Assembly (NCBI GenBank): GCA_002508425.1
Contig: DAKU01000147.1
Span: 44,458 to 108,457 of the forward strand
From: Methanosarcinaceae archaeon UBA470
GTDB lineage: Archaea > Halobacteriota > Methanosarcinia > Methanosarcinales > Methanosarcinaceae
DNA length: 64,000 nt
Direction of reading: 5' to 3'
Shown: positions 31,733 through 40,278 of the stretch, one piece after another
Position numbering within the stretch: the first letter of the stretch is position 1
How the letters are laid out: every line of letters begins with the position of its first letter
Made by a program: the position numbers and the translations under genes
The notes under the pieces: generated by a model
Seen by the model: the letters and a program-made list of their open reading frames with translations, nothing else
Told to the model about the DNA's origin: nothing
The model's database searches: none

Positions 31733-32968
31733 TTATGTTCCTGATTTCCATCCGCACATGTACTCGCATTGTCCCTTGCTTAAGGAATCAATGCTAACAC
31801 CCATTGATTTGAGCTTCAGCTCAGCTACATGCATATCTATTTCATGGGGCACGGCATGTACTCCGTTTGCAAGCTTGTTCTCAGCTATATGTCTTACACA
31901 CAAAGCCTGGTTAGCGAAACTCATATCCATCACTTCAGCCGGATGACCGTCGCCTGCAGCAAGATTCACAAGCCGTCCTTCTGCAAGCACGTATACTTTC
32001 CTGTCGCCGATGTCATATTCTTTAATGTTCTTACGCACAGTGCGCACACCTTTGGCCATACTCTCCAGATCTTCAAGATTAATCTCAACATTAAAATGTC
32101 CTGAGTTGGAGAGGATCGCTCCATCCTTTATTACTTTAAAATGTTCTTTCGTAAGGATATCACAGTTCCCCGTAGTAGTAACAAATATATCTCCTATCTT
32201 TGCTGCCTCTTTCATGGGCATGACCAGATTTCCATCCATCTTTGCTTCAAGGGCACGTATAGGGTCTATTTCCGTGACGATTACATTAGCTCCAAGACCT
32301 CTTGCACGCATGGCAACTCCCTTGCCGCACCATCCATATCCTCCAACTACAACGTTCTTACCAGCTACCAGCAGGTTTGTGGTCCTCATGATTCCATCCC
32401 AGGATGATTGACCGGTTCCATACCTGTTATCGAACATGAACTTTGTCATAGCATCGTTGACTGCCATTACTGGCATTTTCAAGGCTCCGTCTTTTTCCAT
32501 AGCTTTCAGCCTGTGTATGCCTGTAGTGGTTTCCTCGCATCCTCCAAGTATGGTGGGTAGTAGGTCCTGTCTTTCTGTGTGCAGTTTGAATATAAGGTCT
32601 GCACCGTCATCTATTGTGATATCAGGTTTTATATCCAGTACCTTGTCCATTGCAGCGTAATACTCATCATTGCTACATTCATATTTAGCACATGAGAGTA
32701 TATTATCGCGTGTGCACAAGGCTACAGACACATCATCCTGTGTGCTTAAAGGGTTGCATCCCGTTATTGCTACTTCTGCGCCTCCAGCAGCCAATGTTTC
32801 CACCAGCACTGCAGTCTTTGCTTCCACGTGCAAAGCCATTGCAATTCTATGCCCTTCCAAGGGCTTCTCTTTTTCAAAACTTTTTCTGATTATATCCAAC
32901 ACTGGCATGTGAGCCCTGGCCCACCCAATTTTCTGATCACCGGATTCAATTAATTCTGTTTTGTCCAT
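31733..32968 (-). CDS. ahcY: adenosylhomocysteinase family enzyme (possibly the S-inosyl-L-homocysteine hydrolase type)
   Basis: 411-aa ORF with AhcY blocks (GCNPLSTQDDV, DDGADL, ETTTG, NAD fold VVGGYGWCGKGVA, GHFNVEI). Confidence 0.9.
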   Translation of the reverse strand: MDKTELIESGDQKIGWARAHMPVLDIIRKSFEKEKPLEGHRIAMALHVEAKTAVLVETLAAGGAEVAITGCNPLSTQDDVSVALCTRDNILSCAKYECSNDEYYAAMDKVLDIKPDITIDDGADLIFKLHTERQDLLPTILGGCEETTTGIHRLKAMEKDGALKMPVMAVNDAMTKFMFDNRYGTGQSSWDGIMRTTNLLVAGKNVVVGGYGWCGKGVAMRARGLGANVIVTEIDPIRALEAKMDGNLVMPMKEAAKIGDIFVTTTGNCDILTKEHFKVIKDGAILSNSGHFNVEINLEDLESMAKGVRTVRKNIKEYDIGDRKVYVLAEGRLVNLAAGDGHPAEVMDMSFANQALCVRHIAENKLANGVHAVPHEIDMHVAELKLKSMGVSIDSLSKGQCEYMCGWKSGT

Positions 32969-33006
32969 TCTTATATCTCCATAAAATTCGTTTAATTGGC
33001 TATTTG

Positions 33007-34305
33007 TTACTTTACTCTTGCTATAAGATTCTCTGCAGCTATGCTTGCCTGTTCTATAGTTTTCATTTCATCCATGCAGAGTACTTTATAATCCTGCATT
33101 AGCAGTTTTCCATTAACGATGTTTGTCATTACGTCCTGTCCATTAGCAGCATATACCAGGTGCGAGGAAGCATCGTAGAATGGTCTCGTATGAGCTTTAT
33201 TTTTGTCAACTATTATTACGTCCGCAAGTGCTCCTTTGCATATCCTGCCTGCATTTATACCCAGTGCTTTAGCACCGTTTACTGTTGCCATCTTAAGCAC
33301 TTCTTTTGCAGGCAGTGCTGTCGGGTCCATGGTGCTGACCTTCTGTAGTAATGCTGCGATTTTCATTTCCTCAAACATATCAAGGTTATTGTTTGAGGCG
33401 CATCCATCAGTTCCTAGGCACATATTTGCTCCATTTTGCAGAAGCTTTGTCACAGGTGCAATTCCAGATGCAAGTTTCATGTTGCTTACAGGATTATGGG
33501 ATATATTCACTCCCCGTTCTGCCAATATCTTAATATCTCCATCAGATAACCAAACACAATGAGCGGCTACCACATTACTGTCAAAAAAGTCAATATTGTT
33601 TAGCATGTGTATAGAGCACATACCATATTTTTCTTTCATCTCTTTCAGTTCAGCTTCTGTTTCCAGCACATGGATGTGTACCCTCACACCATCTTCTCTT
33701 GCCTTGTCCCTTACTCTCACCAGGAATTCCTGGGAGCAGGTGTTAGGTGCATGTGGCCCATACATTGCTGTGATCCTGCCACCTGCTTTTCCATGCCATT
33801 TCTGCACAAATCGGCTACCTTCATTCAATTCAGCATCTGCCTTATCCTTATTTCCAAAATCTATCATCCCATAAGATAAAGCAGCCCTAATTCCTGTTTC
33901 TTCTACTGCTTTTGCCGTTTCATCTTCATGGATGTACATATCATTGAAACAAGTAGTACCGTTTTTTATCATCTCAAGGCAGGCCAGCATACTACCGTTA
34001 TATATGTCGCTTTCAGTAAGTTTTGCTTCCGCCGGCCAGATATGCTGTTGGAGCCACTGTGAAAGGGGCAGATCATCTGCATATCCTCTAAACAATGTCA
34101 TAGCTGCATGAGTGTGTGTGTTTACCAGCCCAGGCATAACAATGCCTCCGTGCGCATCCACTACTGTTTCTGCAGTTTCATAAGTCTTTTCTCCAACTTC
34201 TGTGATGAGCCCATCTTCTATAACCACCACTCCGTTCTTGAACTCATGTTCCTTGCCGGGTTCCATTGTAAGGATATGCCCATTCTTTATGATTATATCA
34301 GCCAT
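33007..34305 (-). CDS. mtaD: 5'-methylthioadenosine / S-adenosylhomocysteine deaminase (amidohydrolase)
   Basis: ORF 33007..34314 (GTG start). The ATG at 34305 (MADIIIKNGHILTM) is preferred. It has the amidohydrolase metal motif NTHTHAAMT, HVLETE and GTDGCASNN. Confidence 0.85.
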   Translation of the reverse strand: MADIIIKNGHILTMEPGKEHEFKNGVVVIEDGLITEVGEKTYETAETVVDAHGGIVMPGLVNTHTHAAMTLFRGYADDLPLSQWLQQHIWPAEAKLTESDIYNGSMLACLEMIKNGTTCFNDMYIHEDETAKAVEETGIRAALSYGMIDFGNKDKADAELNEGSRFVQKWHGKAGGRITAMYGPHAPNTCSQEFLVRVRDKAREDGVRVHIHVLETEAELKEMKEKYGMCSIHMLNNIDFFDSNVVAAHCVWLSDGDIKILAERGVNISHNPVSNMKLASGIAPVTKLLQNGANMCLGTDGCASNNNLDMFEEMKIAALLQKVSTMDPTALPAKEVLKMATVNGAKALGINAGRICKGALADVIIVDKNKAHTRPFYDASSHLVYAANGQDVMTNIVNGKLLMQDYKVLCMDEMKTIEQASIAAENLIARVK

Positions 34306-34310
34306 AGTTA

Positions 34311-34952
34311 TCACTTGATGTAGCAGGTTTCTTCTTGAAGTGCATTAAGATACAACTGCATAAGTTTTAGTCTTTCCTTTGCTATCTCTCTGGCAGTGCC
34401 AGTGTTAAGCCTTTCTAATATTTTGAAAGGTTTCTTTTCCATATATTCGTAAAAACCCTCAAGAGGGTCTTCTGTATAAGCGTTCATAGATGTCTCTTTC
34501 ACAGTTCCTATGGTGGACCTCAAGGCACGCAAAGTGCCCATAGAAACCAGGGACCTGAAAATACCCACAGCACCAAGGGCATCTATCCTGTCAGCATCCT
34601 GTAATATCTTTGCTTCCAGTGTCTGTGCCTCAAGCCCGCGGCTGAATCTGTGGGACCGGATGCAAGCTGTCACATGTTCTATTACGTCTTTGTTAGCACC
34701 TGCAACTGTAAGGAATTCCTGTGCGATCTCGGCGCTGTATTGGGCATGGTCACCTCCTTCCTGATGCTCTTTCACGATACCTACATCATGAAGGAGTGCA
34801 GCAAGGCGAAGGACCAGTTCATTGCCTCCCTCTTTTTCCCTTATACGCATACATACGTCTTCTACGCGCTCTATGTGGGACATATCGTGGGTACTGGGCT
34901 CATCTGCGAGCACTTCTGATACATATTCTCTTGTCTGCTCGATCAGATCCAT
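34311..34952 (-). CDS. HD-domain metal-dependent phosphohydrolase
   Basis: 213-aa ORF with H...HD signature residues (HIERV...LLHDVG...H...D). Its start overlaps the upstream PPS stop by 10 nt. Confidence 0.75.
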   Translation of the reverse strand: MDLIEQTREYVSEVLADEPSTHDMSHIERVEDVCMRIREKEGGNELVLRLAALLHDVGIVKEHQEGGDHAQYSAEIAQEFLTVAGANKDVIEHVTACIRSHRFSRGLEAQTLEAKILQDADRIDALGAVGIFRSLVSMGTLRALRSTIGTVKETSMNAYTEDPLEGFYEYMEKKPFKILERLNTGTAREIAKERLKLMQLYLNALQEETCYIK

Positions 34953-35713
34953 TCGATACCCTCACGTCCTGCCTGGTTCTTGAGATGTTCCTGAATAGCA
35001 TACATGGCATCAGCAAGAACTTTCCTGTTATCGTAGGAATCAATGATTTCATGGAGTTGTTCTTTACTATCCTTTTTCATCTCTTTTGTGAAATGGATCA
35101 TATTCTCCAATGCCCTGGTCACGTTATCGACGATTGTCACAGCTGCAGAAAGAGATGTTCTTGAAAGGGGATTAAGATCTACTGCTATGACTATCTTTCC
35201 CATTTCTACAAGTTTTTGGCATCTATCTCCGTCTTCCAGGGGTACCAGCACCACATCGGCTGCGTATATACCTTCCTGGTCGACTATAGCCCTATCGTGG
35301 GGCAAATCAAGTCTTGCATCACCTTTTGAACCAAGGACGCTTCCTGCTCCGTGTGCTTTCAGGTGTTCGATTATCTTGTGCACCCTGGCGTCGCTGCGGT
35401 GGAATAGATTAACTTCCAGTTGTGCTCCGGTGACGTCTGCTAGCGATACAAGCGCTCCTGGTACAAGAGCAGCCGTGTTTCCATTAATGGATATTACGGG
35501 TTTTTGTGCAGTGAGCAGATAGGCCACTGCCACACGTTCTGCAATTACTGCAGACTCGATTGTACGCTCACCAATAAGATAATCAAAGGTTTCACCCCTG
35601 CCCTGGGCCACAAGGCCTTGCTGGCTGGTGATACCCATCTGCACACCCTCAACTATCTTCTCTCTGGTTATCAGAGATGCATATCTTGGATGATCTTCAG
35701 GGATATGTGTCAC
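34943..35713 (-). CDS. 4-phosphopantoate--beta-alanine ligase (archaeal phosphopantothenate synthetase)
   Basis: 256-aa ORF. N-terminal IPEDHPRYASLITREKIVEG...GLVAQGRGETFDYLIGE matches my recollection of the COG1701 PPS family. It is clustered with pantoate kinase and CoaBC. Confidence 0.8.
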   Translation of the reverse strand: MTHIPEDHPRYASLITREKIVEGVQMGITSQQGLVAQGRGETFDYLIGERTIESAVIAERVAVAYLLTAQKPVISINGNTAALVPGALVSLADVTGAQLEVNLFHRSDARVHKIIEHLKAHGAGSVLGSKGDARLDLPHDRAIVDQEGIYAADVVLVPLEDGDRCQKLVEMGKIVIAVDLNPLSRTSLSAAVTIVDNVTRALENMIHFTKEMKKDSKEQLHEIIDSYDNRKVLADAMYAIQEHLKNQAGREGIEWI

Positions 35714-35814
35714 TATCTTCTATCTCCCGTTATTCTATCTTCTTTCCCTTTTCTATAATTCAGGTTATATTTGCTTGAGAGTTTAATGCAGTAACATACT
35801 AAATAGGCTTTTTG

Positions 35815-36696
35815 TCACAAAAGTCCTGCTCTGCAGTTATTAAGGTAATATGCTAATGGCTGGCCAAACTCAGAGAGTGTTTCTATCACTGCATCTCGTC
35901 TTTCGGGTTCTACTATTGCAAAAACAGATTCTCCTAACATGGCTTGGGATGCCATGCCGCCGGCAGATTCCACAGCTTCGATAGCATCTATTATGGCATC
36001 TGAGGCAAGTCCGGTACCCAGCGCAAAATCTCTGGAGCACTGCATGAAAGTCTTAAAAGTAGGCGAAGTCATGAGTCTTTTCATTGCACCTTTTCCCATA
36101 GAAGTTATGCGCCAGGCAAAATCGGGATCCGATATGACAGAGCCAGTATCAAGTTCTCCAAGCGTCAGGCAGAGTACTTCTTTCCCTGCAACCGGTATCC
36201 AGTCAACACTACCGTATTCAGGTGCTCCTGGTGCAGTGCGGATGACAACACCGCCATATGATTGTGCTATTACGTCCCCAAGCCCGCTCCTGTTTACTAC
36301 CTCTGCCACATGTGCTGTTTCAATTAACTTGGCCGAGGTAAGGTTAAGGGGCAGTGCATCGTTCAATGCATAAGCCGTACTAAGAGCTCCGGCAGCGGAT
36401 GCTCCAAACCCGCATCCAATCGGGATGTTCGCTACACTTTCTACAAGCAACGGTGAATTTGTAAGCATATCTATTACAGTTCTTGTAGTGTATCCTCCTA
36501 CGTGCTCCCCATTAAGGATTATCCGGGTCTCTTCCAGTTCTTCTGCAGAGGTCACAGTGGTGACAACTCCCCCGTCAAGGACTATGCCACAACCAGTGGA
36601 ACCTTTTTTGCGTGGATCTTCATGGTCGTGTATACAAAAAAAGCCGGTTATGTGTGCAGGAGCAAAAGCTCGGGCAAACTGTTTTCTTTCTTGCAT
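35815..36696 (-). CDS. pantoate kinase (GHMP-kinase family, archaeal CoA pathway)
   Basis: 293-aa ORF with the N-terminal FAPAHITGFF motif and the GHMP phosphate loop IPIGCGFGASAAGA. It starts 4 nt after the coaBC stop. Confidence 0.8.
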   Translation of the reverse strand: MQERKQFARAFAPAHITGFFCIHDHEDPRKKGSTGCGIVLDGGVVTTVTSAEELEETRIILNGEHVGGYTTRTVIDMLTNSPLLVESVANIPIGCGFGASAAGALSTAYALNDALPLNLTSAKLIETAHVAEVVNRSGLGDVIAQSYGGVVIRTAPGAPEYGSVDWIPVAGKEVLCLTLGELDTGSVISDPDFAWRITSMGKGAMKRLMTSPTFKTFMQCSRDFALGTGLASDAIIDAIEAVESAGGMASQAMLGESVFAIVEPERRDAVIETLSEFGQPLAYYLNNCRAGLL

Positions 36697-36700
36697 GGTT

Positions 36701-37936
36701 TCACTTCCTTGACATCAGCAGGTGACTGATCTCATCCAGCAATGCCGAGGCTATCACTCTTTTTGATCCTTTTAGATGGATGTGGCCGGGACCTTCTACA
36801 GTAAGGATGTATACTTCATTATCCTCTGTACCAATTCCACTACCACTCACGTCATTTGCAACTATCAGATCGAGTTTTGAATTTACCAGGGTATGCGTTG
36901 CTCTTTTAAGCAGTTCATCTATATTTGTTCCCGTTTCAGCTTTGAAACCTGCAATGAGTAATTTTGGATGTTCGTCCCTTGCTTTACCAATAAGCTTGGC
37001 AGTAGGTCTCAGATGAAGGGTCAACTCTCCGCCGGATTTAATTTTCGTATCAGCCGGGTCCAGGGTGTAATCAGCTATCGCTGCTGCACTAATAAGTATA
37101 TCATAGCCACAGGTTAGTTCTCGAAGTACTGTTTCTGTCATCTGTGCAGCGCTTTCCGCATAGATCTCTTTGATGCCGGCGAATCCCACCTTGTTGCGGT
37201 GTACTATTGTTACTTCCGCTGAGCGGCGGTATGCTTCCAGAGCAAGTTCCACACCAGTTTTACCTGATGCTCTGTTAGTAAGTATCCTGATAGGGTCGAT
37301 AGCTTCTGCATTGGAGCCACTGGTTATGATGATCTTTCTGCCTGCAAGTTCTTTACTACCCAATTGTCTTTCGACGTGCAGTACTATTTCTTCATTTGAA
37401 GCTATTTTTGCAATGCCTTCCTTGATGTCCGGCCCAATGAAGTCTATTCCCCAGGATCTCATCTTTTCCATATTTTCAGCCAAGGCAGAATGATTGTACA
37501 TGGCTTCATGCATTGCAGGCACTACCATCACAGGTATGCCTGATCCAATGGCTGTGGTGGCGAAGGTTGTCACAGGTGTATCATCGACTCCGGAGGCTAT
37601 TTTTCCAATGGTATTGGCTGTTGCTGGGGCTATAAGTAGCAGGTCGGCTTTTCCGCTCATTCCGCAAAATTCCACATGCTCCACGGCTCCGGTTATTTTG
37701 GTAATGGCTTCATGACCGGTGGCGTAGTGCAGGGCCATGGGGTTGAGTATCCATGAGGCGGCCTCACTCATTACAGCATATACTTCGGCACCTCTGCGTA
37801 TTAATTCTCTGGCAAGTTCCACAGTACGTACAGCTGCGATGCTTCCGGTGACTGCAAGCAATATGGTCTTGCCCTCAAGTGAAGCTGAAGTACTGCCCTT
37901 TATCCAGAGTGTGGGATGGTCACGCATAGTTTGCAT
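36701..37936 (-). CDS. coaBC: bifunctional phosphopantothenoylcysteine decarboxylase / phosphopantothenate--cysteine ligase
   Basis: 411-aa ORF with an N-terminal flavoprotein domain (ILLAVTGSIAAV, PAMH..M) and a C-terminal CoaB domain (ITSG...E.IDP.R..TN.SSG). Confidence 0.9.
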   Translation of the reverse strand: MQTMRDHPTLWIKGSTSASLEGKTILLAVTGSIAAVRTVELARELIRRGAEVYAVMSEAASWILNPMALHYATGHEAITKITGAVEHVEFCGMSGKADLLLIAPATANTIGKIASGVDDTPVTTFATTAIGSGIPVMVVPAMHEAMYNHSALAENMEKMRSWGIDFIGPDIKEGIAKIASNEEIVLHVERQLGSKELAGRKIIITSGSNAEAIDPIRILTNRASGKTGVELALEAYRRSAEVTIVHRNKVGFAGIKEIYAESAAQMTETVLRELTCGYDILISAAAIADYTLDPADTKIKSGGELTLHLRPTAKLIGKARDEHPKLLIAGFKAETGTNIDELLKRATHTLVNSKLDLIVANDVSGSGIGTEDNEVYILTVEGPGHIHLKGSKRVIASALLDEISHLLMSRK

Positions 37937-38023
37937 GGGTTAAAAAGGTCTTTTTTGATATTAAAAGTTGGTCTATGGTCTCTTTAGGGGACCATGTTTC
38001 CAACTTTTTCCACTATACGAAAG

Positions 38024-39520
38024 TCATGCTGAAGAGCTTTTTGATGCTTCGTCAGTGTTTCCATATCTGCCGATGTTAATTCTATCGCCATTGGGATCAG
38101 GCTCATGAACAAAGCTCGATTGAGGATATCCTGCATCAATAAGCGGACTTGTTACGGAATCTGTGACCCATGCTTTACCAGACCATCGGCCTGCAGCACT
38201 TTTCAGATGATAATCGTGTTTTTCAGAATCTGCAAATAATGGATCAACATAGATATCATTTGCCCGATTGATGCCATTTCCATTGTAGTTCTGATCTACA
38301 TTGTAGATACAGTTGTTATTTGATATGAATGTATGATTTAAACCATCTGTATTCCATAATCCGTAGGAATCATATTTATCGGATCCAATTATTATGTTGT
38401 TCTTCACAATAGTTGTAAAGTTTGCATCCATTGTAATTGACTTAGGATATTTGTAGTATTTTATTCCAGCTTCGCCACTACCATCTATAACATTATTCTC
38501 TATTCTCGTATTATTGAACTGTCCTATCACAATTCCTGCATTGCTATATCCGGTATTCTTATCGTATTGGCCAACATCATAAATTATGTTGTGGTGGATG
38601 TAGACATCTTTTCCGCGTATTTCATTATCTGAGTCTTCTCCATCTATCCAGATGGCTGCACCATTAAGAGTTCGAATTTTGTTTTTATATATCTCAATAT
38701 CTTCGGATTCGTACCCATCGCTCTTGTCGATCTCGATACCTGGACCTGTTGACCAGTCCTCTATTTCCGAATATATTAGATTTTTGTAGATCTTTGCATG
38801 GCCTGAACTTGATAACCTGAAAGCTGTATTTGTTCTTGTAAATACTTGATTGTTGGCTACTGTGATGCCATTGACTCCCAATGTATACAGGGCTTCGTGC
38901 CCAAGCTTATATACTGAATTATTTTCAAAAACGATGTTTGAAGTAGGCTCATAGAAATAATTCCTTACGATCAGTCCATCACTGGTTCCCCATTCTAGGC
39001 GCATGTTTGTAACAGTGATGTCGGTACACTTGTAGAAGTATATCATGTCATAGTATCCTGAACCGCGGGGAACGGACTGGTTTTCACTATTTCCGTCTAT
39101 CTCAAATCCCTTTATTGTAAAGTTCTCTTTTGCATCTTCCATATTCGTGATCAATGGTTCATAGTCGCCCCACCCGGCATCTGGTACTAACTTGATACAT
39201 GCATCCTCATCTCCAGTGAGGATAGTATTCTCTCCCATCTTCAAGGTACCGTCTATCCAGTAAGTGGTTGGACCTTTCAGGTACACTGTTCCTCCGCCTA
39301 TACTGTTGACATATTCCAGTGCTTTATTGATCTCAACATGGTCATTTACCCCATCGCAATTATAATTTCCAGTTCCGTTGATACCAACGTATGCAATTGA
39401 TCCGGTTGGTTCATTGACTTCTGTAGCAGTGTCAACACCCTGGTCACCGGGTGAAACACACCCTGAAACTGAAAGACTTATAACTAAAAGTAAGAACTTT
39501 ATTAATAGAGGAATTACCAT
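38024..39520 (-). CDS. secreted right-handed parallel beta-helix repeat protein (pectate-lyase fold, disaggregatase-like) with lipobox
   Basis: 498-aa ORF. The N-terminus MVIPLLIKFLLLVISLSVSGC is a signal peptide plus lipobox-like V-S-G-C. Repeated PbH1-type turns are present (NNSVY, NNQVF, HHNIIYD, NNVIDGSGEAGI, NNIIIGS). Confidence 0.75.
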   Translation of the reverse strand: MVIPLLIKFLLLVISLSVSGCVSPGDQGVDTATEVNEPTGSIAYVGINGTGNYNCDGVNDHVEINKALEYVNSIGGGTVYLKGPTTYWIDGTLKMGENTILTGDEDACIKLVPDAGWGDYEPLITNMEDAKENFTIKGFEIDGNSENQSVPRGSGYYDMIYFYKCTDITVTNMRLEWGTSDGLIVRNYFYEPTSNIVFENNSVYKLGHEALYTLGVNGITVANNQVFTRTNTAFRLSSSGHAKIYKNLIYSEIEDWSTGPGIEIDKSDGYESEDIEIYKNKIRTLNGAAIWIDGEDSDNEIRGKDVYIHHNIIYDVGQYDKNTGYSNAGIVIGQFNNTRIENNVIDGSGEAGIKYYKYPKSITMDANFTTIVKNNIIIGSDKYDSYGLWNTDGLNHTFISNNNCIYNVDQNYNGNGINRANDIYVDPLFADSEKHDYHLKSAAGRWSGKAWVTDSVTSPLIDAGYPQSSFVHEPDPNGDRINIGRYGNTDEASKSSSA

Positions 39521-39619
39521 ACAACGTCATAGTAGTCAATATTATATTAACGTTTTACGTCACTCTTGTTTTAAATCTCACCTATTGTACGTCTAATGTA
39601 TCCGATCTCAGGAACTTCA

Positions 39620-40102
39620 TCAATTCAGTGCCCATATCGAGTAGTTCAGTACCGCTGCAAACGATACCCATAGGATGTATGGCACAAGCAGCAACCCTGC
39701 TGTTTTTGATACCCTGTAGAACATCCAGATGTTCACAAGTATCACTATCCACAAAACAACTATCTCCACAAGTCCAAATAGGGGCGATCGCAGGCCAAAG
39801 AACAGCACAGACCACATGAAGTTCAGGAAAAGCTGTATCCCAAACACACCCATGGCTTTTCTTACATCAGCTTGTTCCCATCCCTTCTCCCATACAAGAT
39901 ACAGGGCAATGCCCATCAGCAGGTAGAGTAGAGTCCATACTACCGGAAAAGCCCAGTTAGGAGGTCCAAAGGTAGGCTTTTCGAGTGTAGCGTACCATAT
40001 AGGTATTGCGGGCGTTGTGAATATAGAACCCAGTGAACCGATTACCTGGCAGAGAAGTATTGAGATGAGCAGATGCTTCCAGTTGATTTTAGATGGAGTC
40101 AT
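39620..40102 (-). CDS. tspO: TspO/MBR tryptophan-rich sensory protein (tetrapyrrole-binding membrane protein)
   Basis: ORF 39620..40153. The ATG at 40102 is preferred (160 aa). It has five hydrophobic segments and Trp-rich motifs (WYATLEKPTFGPPNWAFPVVWTLLY, NFMWSVLFF, VPYILWVSFAAVLN). Confidence 0.85.
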   Translation of the reverse strand: MTPSKINWKHLLISILLCQVIGSLGSIFTTPAIPIWYATLEKPTFGPPNWAFPVVWTLLYLLMGIALYLVWEKGWEQADVRKAMGVFGIQLFLNFMWSVLFFGLRSPLFGLVEIVVLWIVILVNIWMFYRVSKTAGLLLVPYILWVSFAAVLNYSIWALN

Positions 40103-40278
40103 AGCAAATTCTCTATTTATGCTGAGGTGGGATGTATAAAAGATGTACTTCATTGATAAAATGTTTGTCGCGGTTTATCTAGAAAATTCTTTTCAATTGT
40201 TAGGAAAGTATGGCATGCTTAACTCTAAAACATAATTAAGTTTCAATAGATGTTATCCTAAAAGTAGTAAATAAATAC

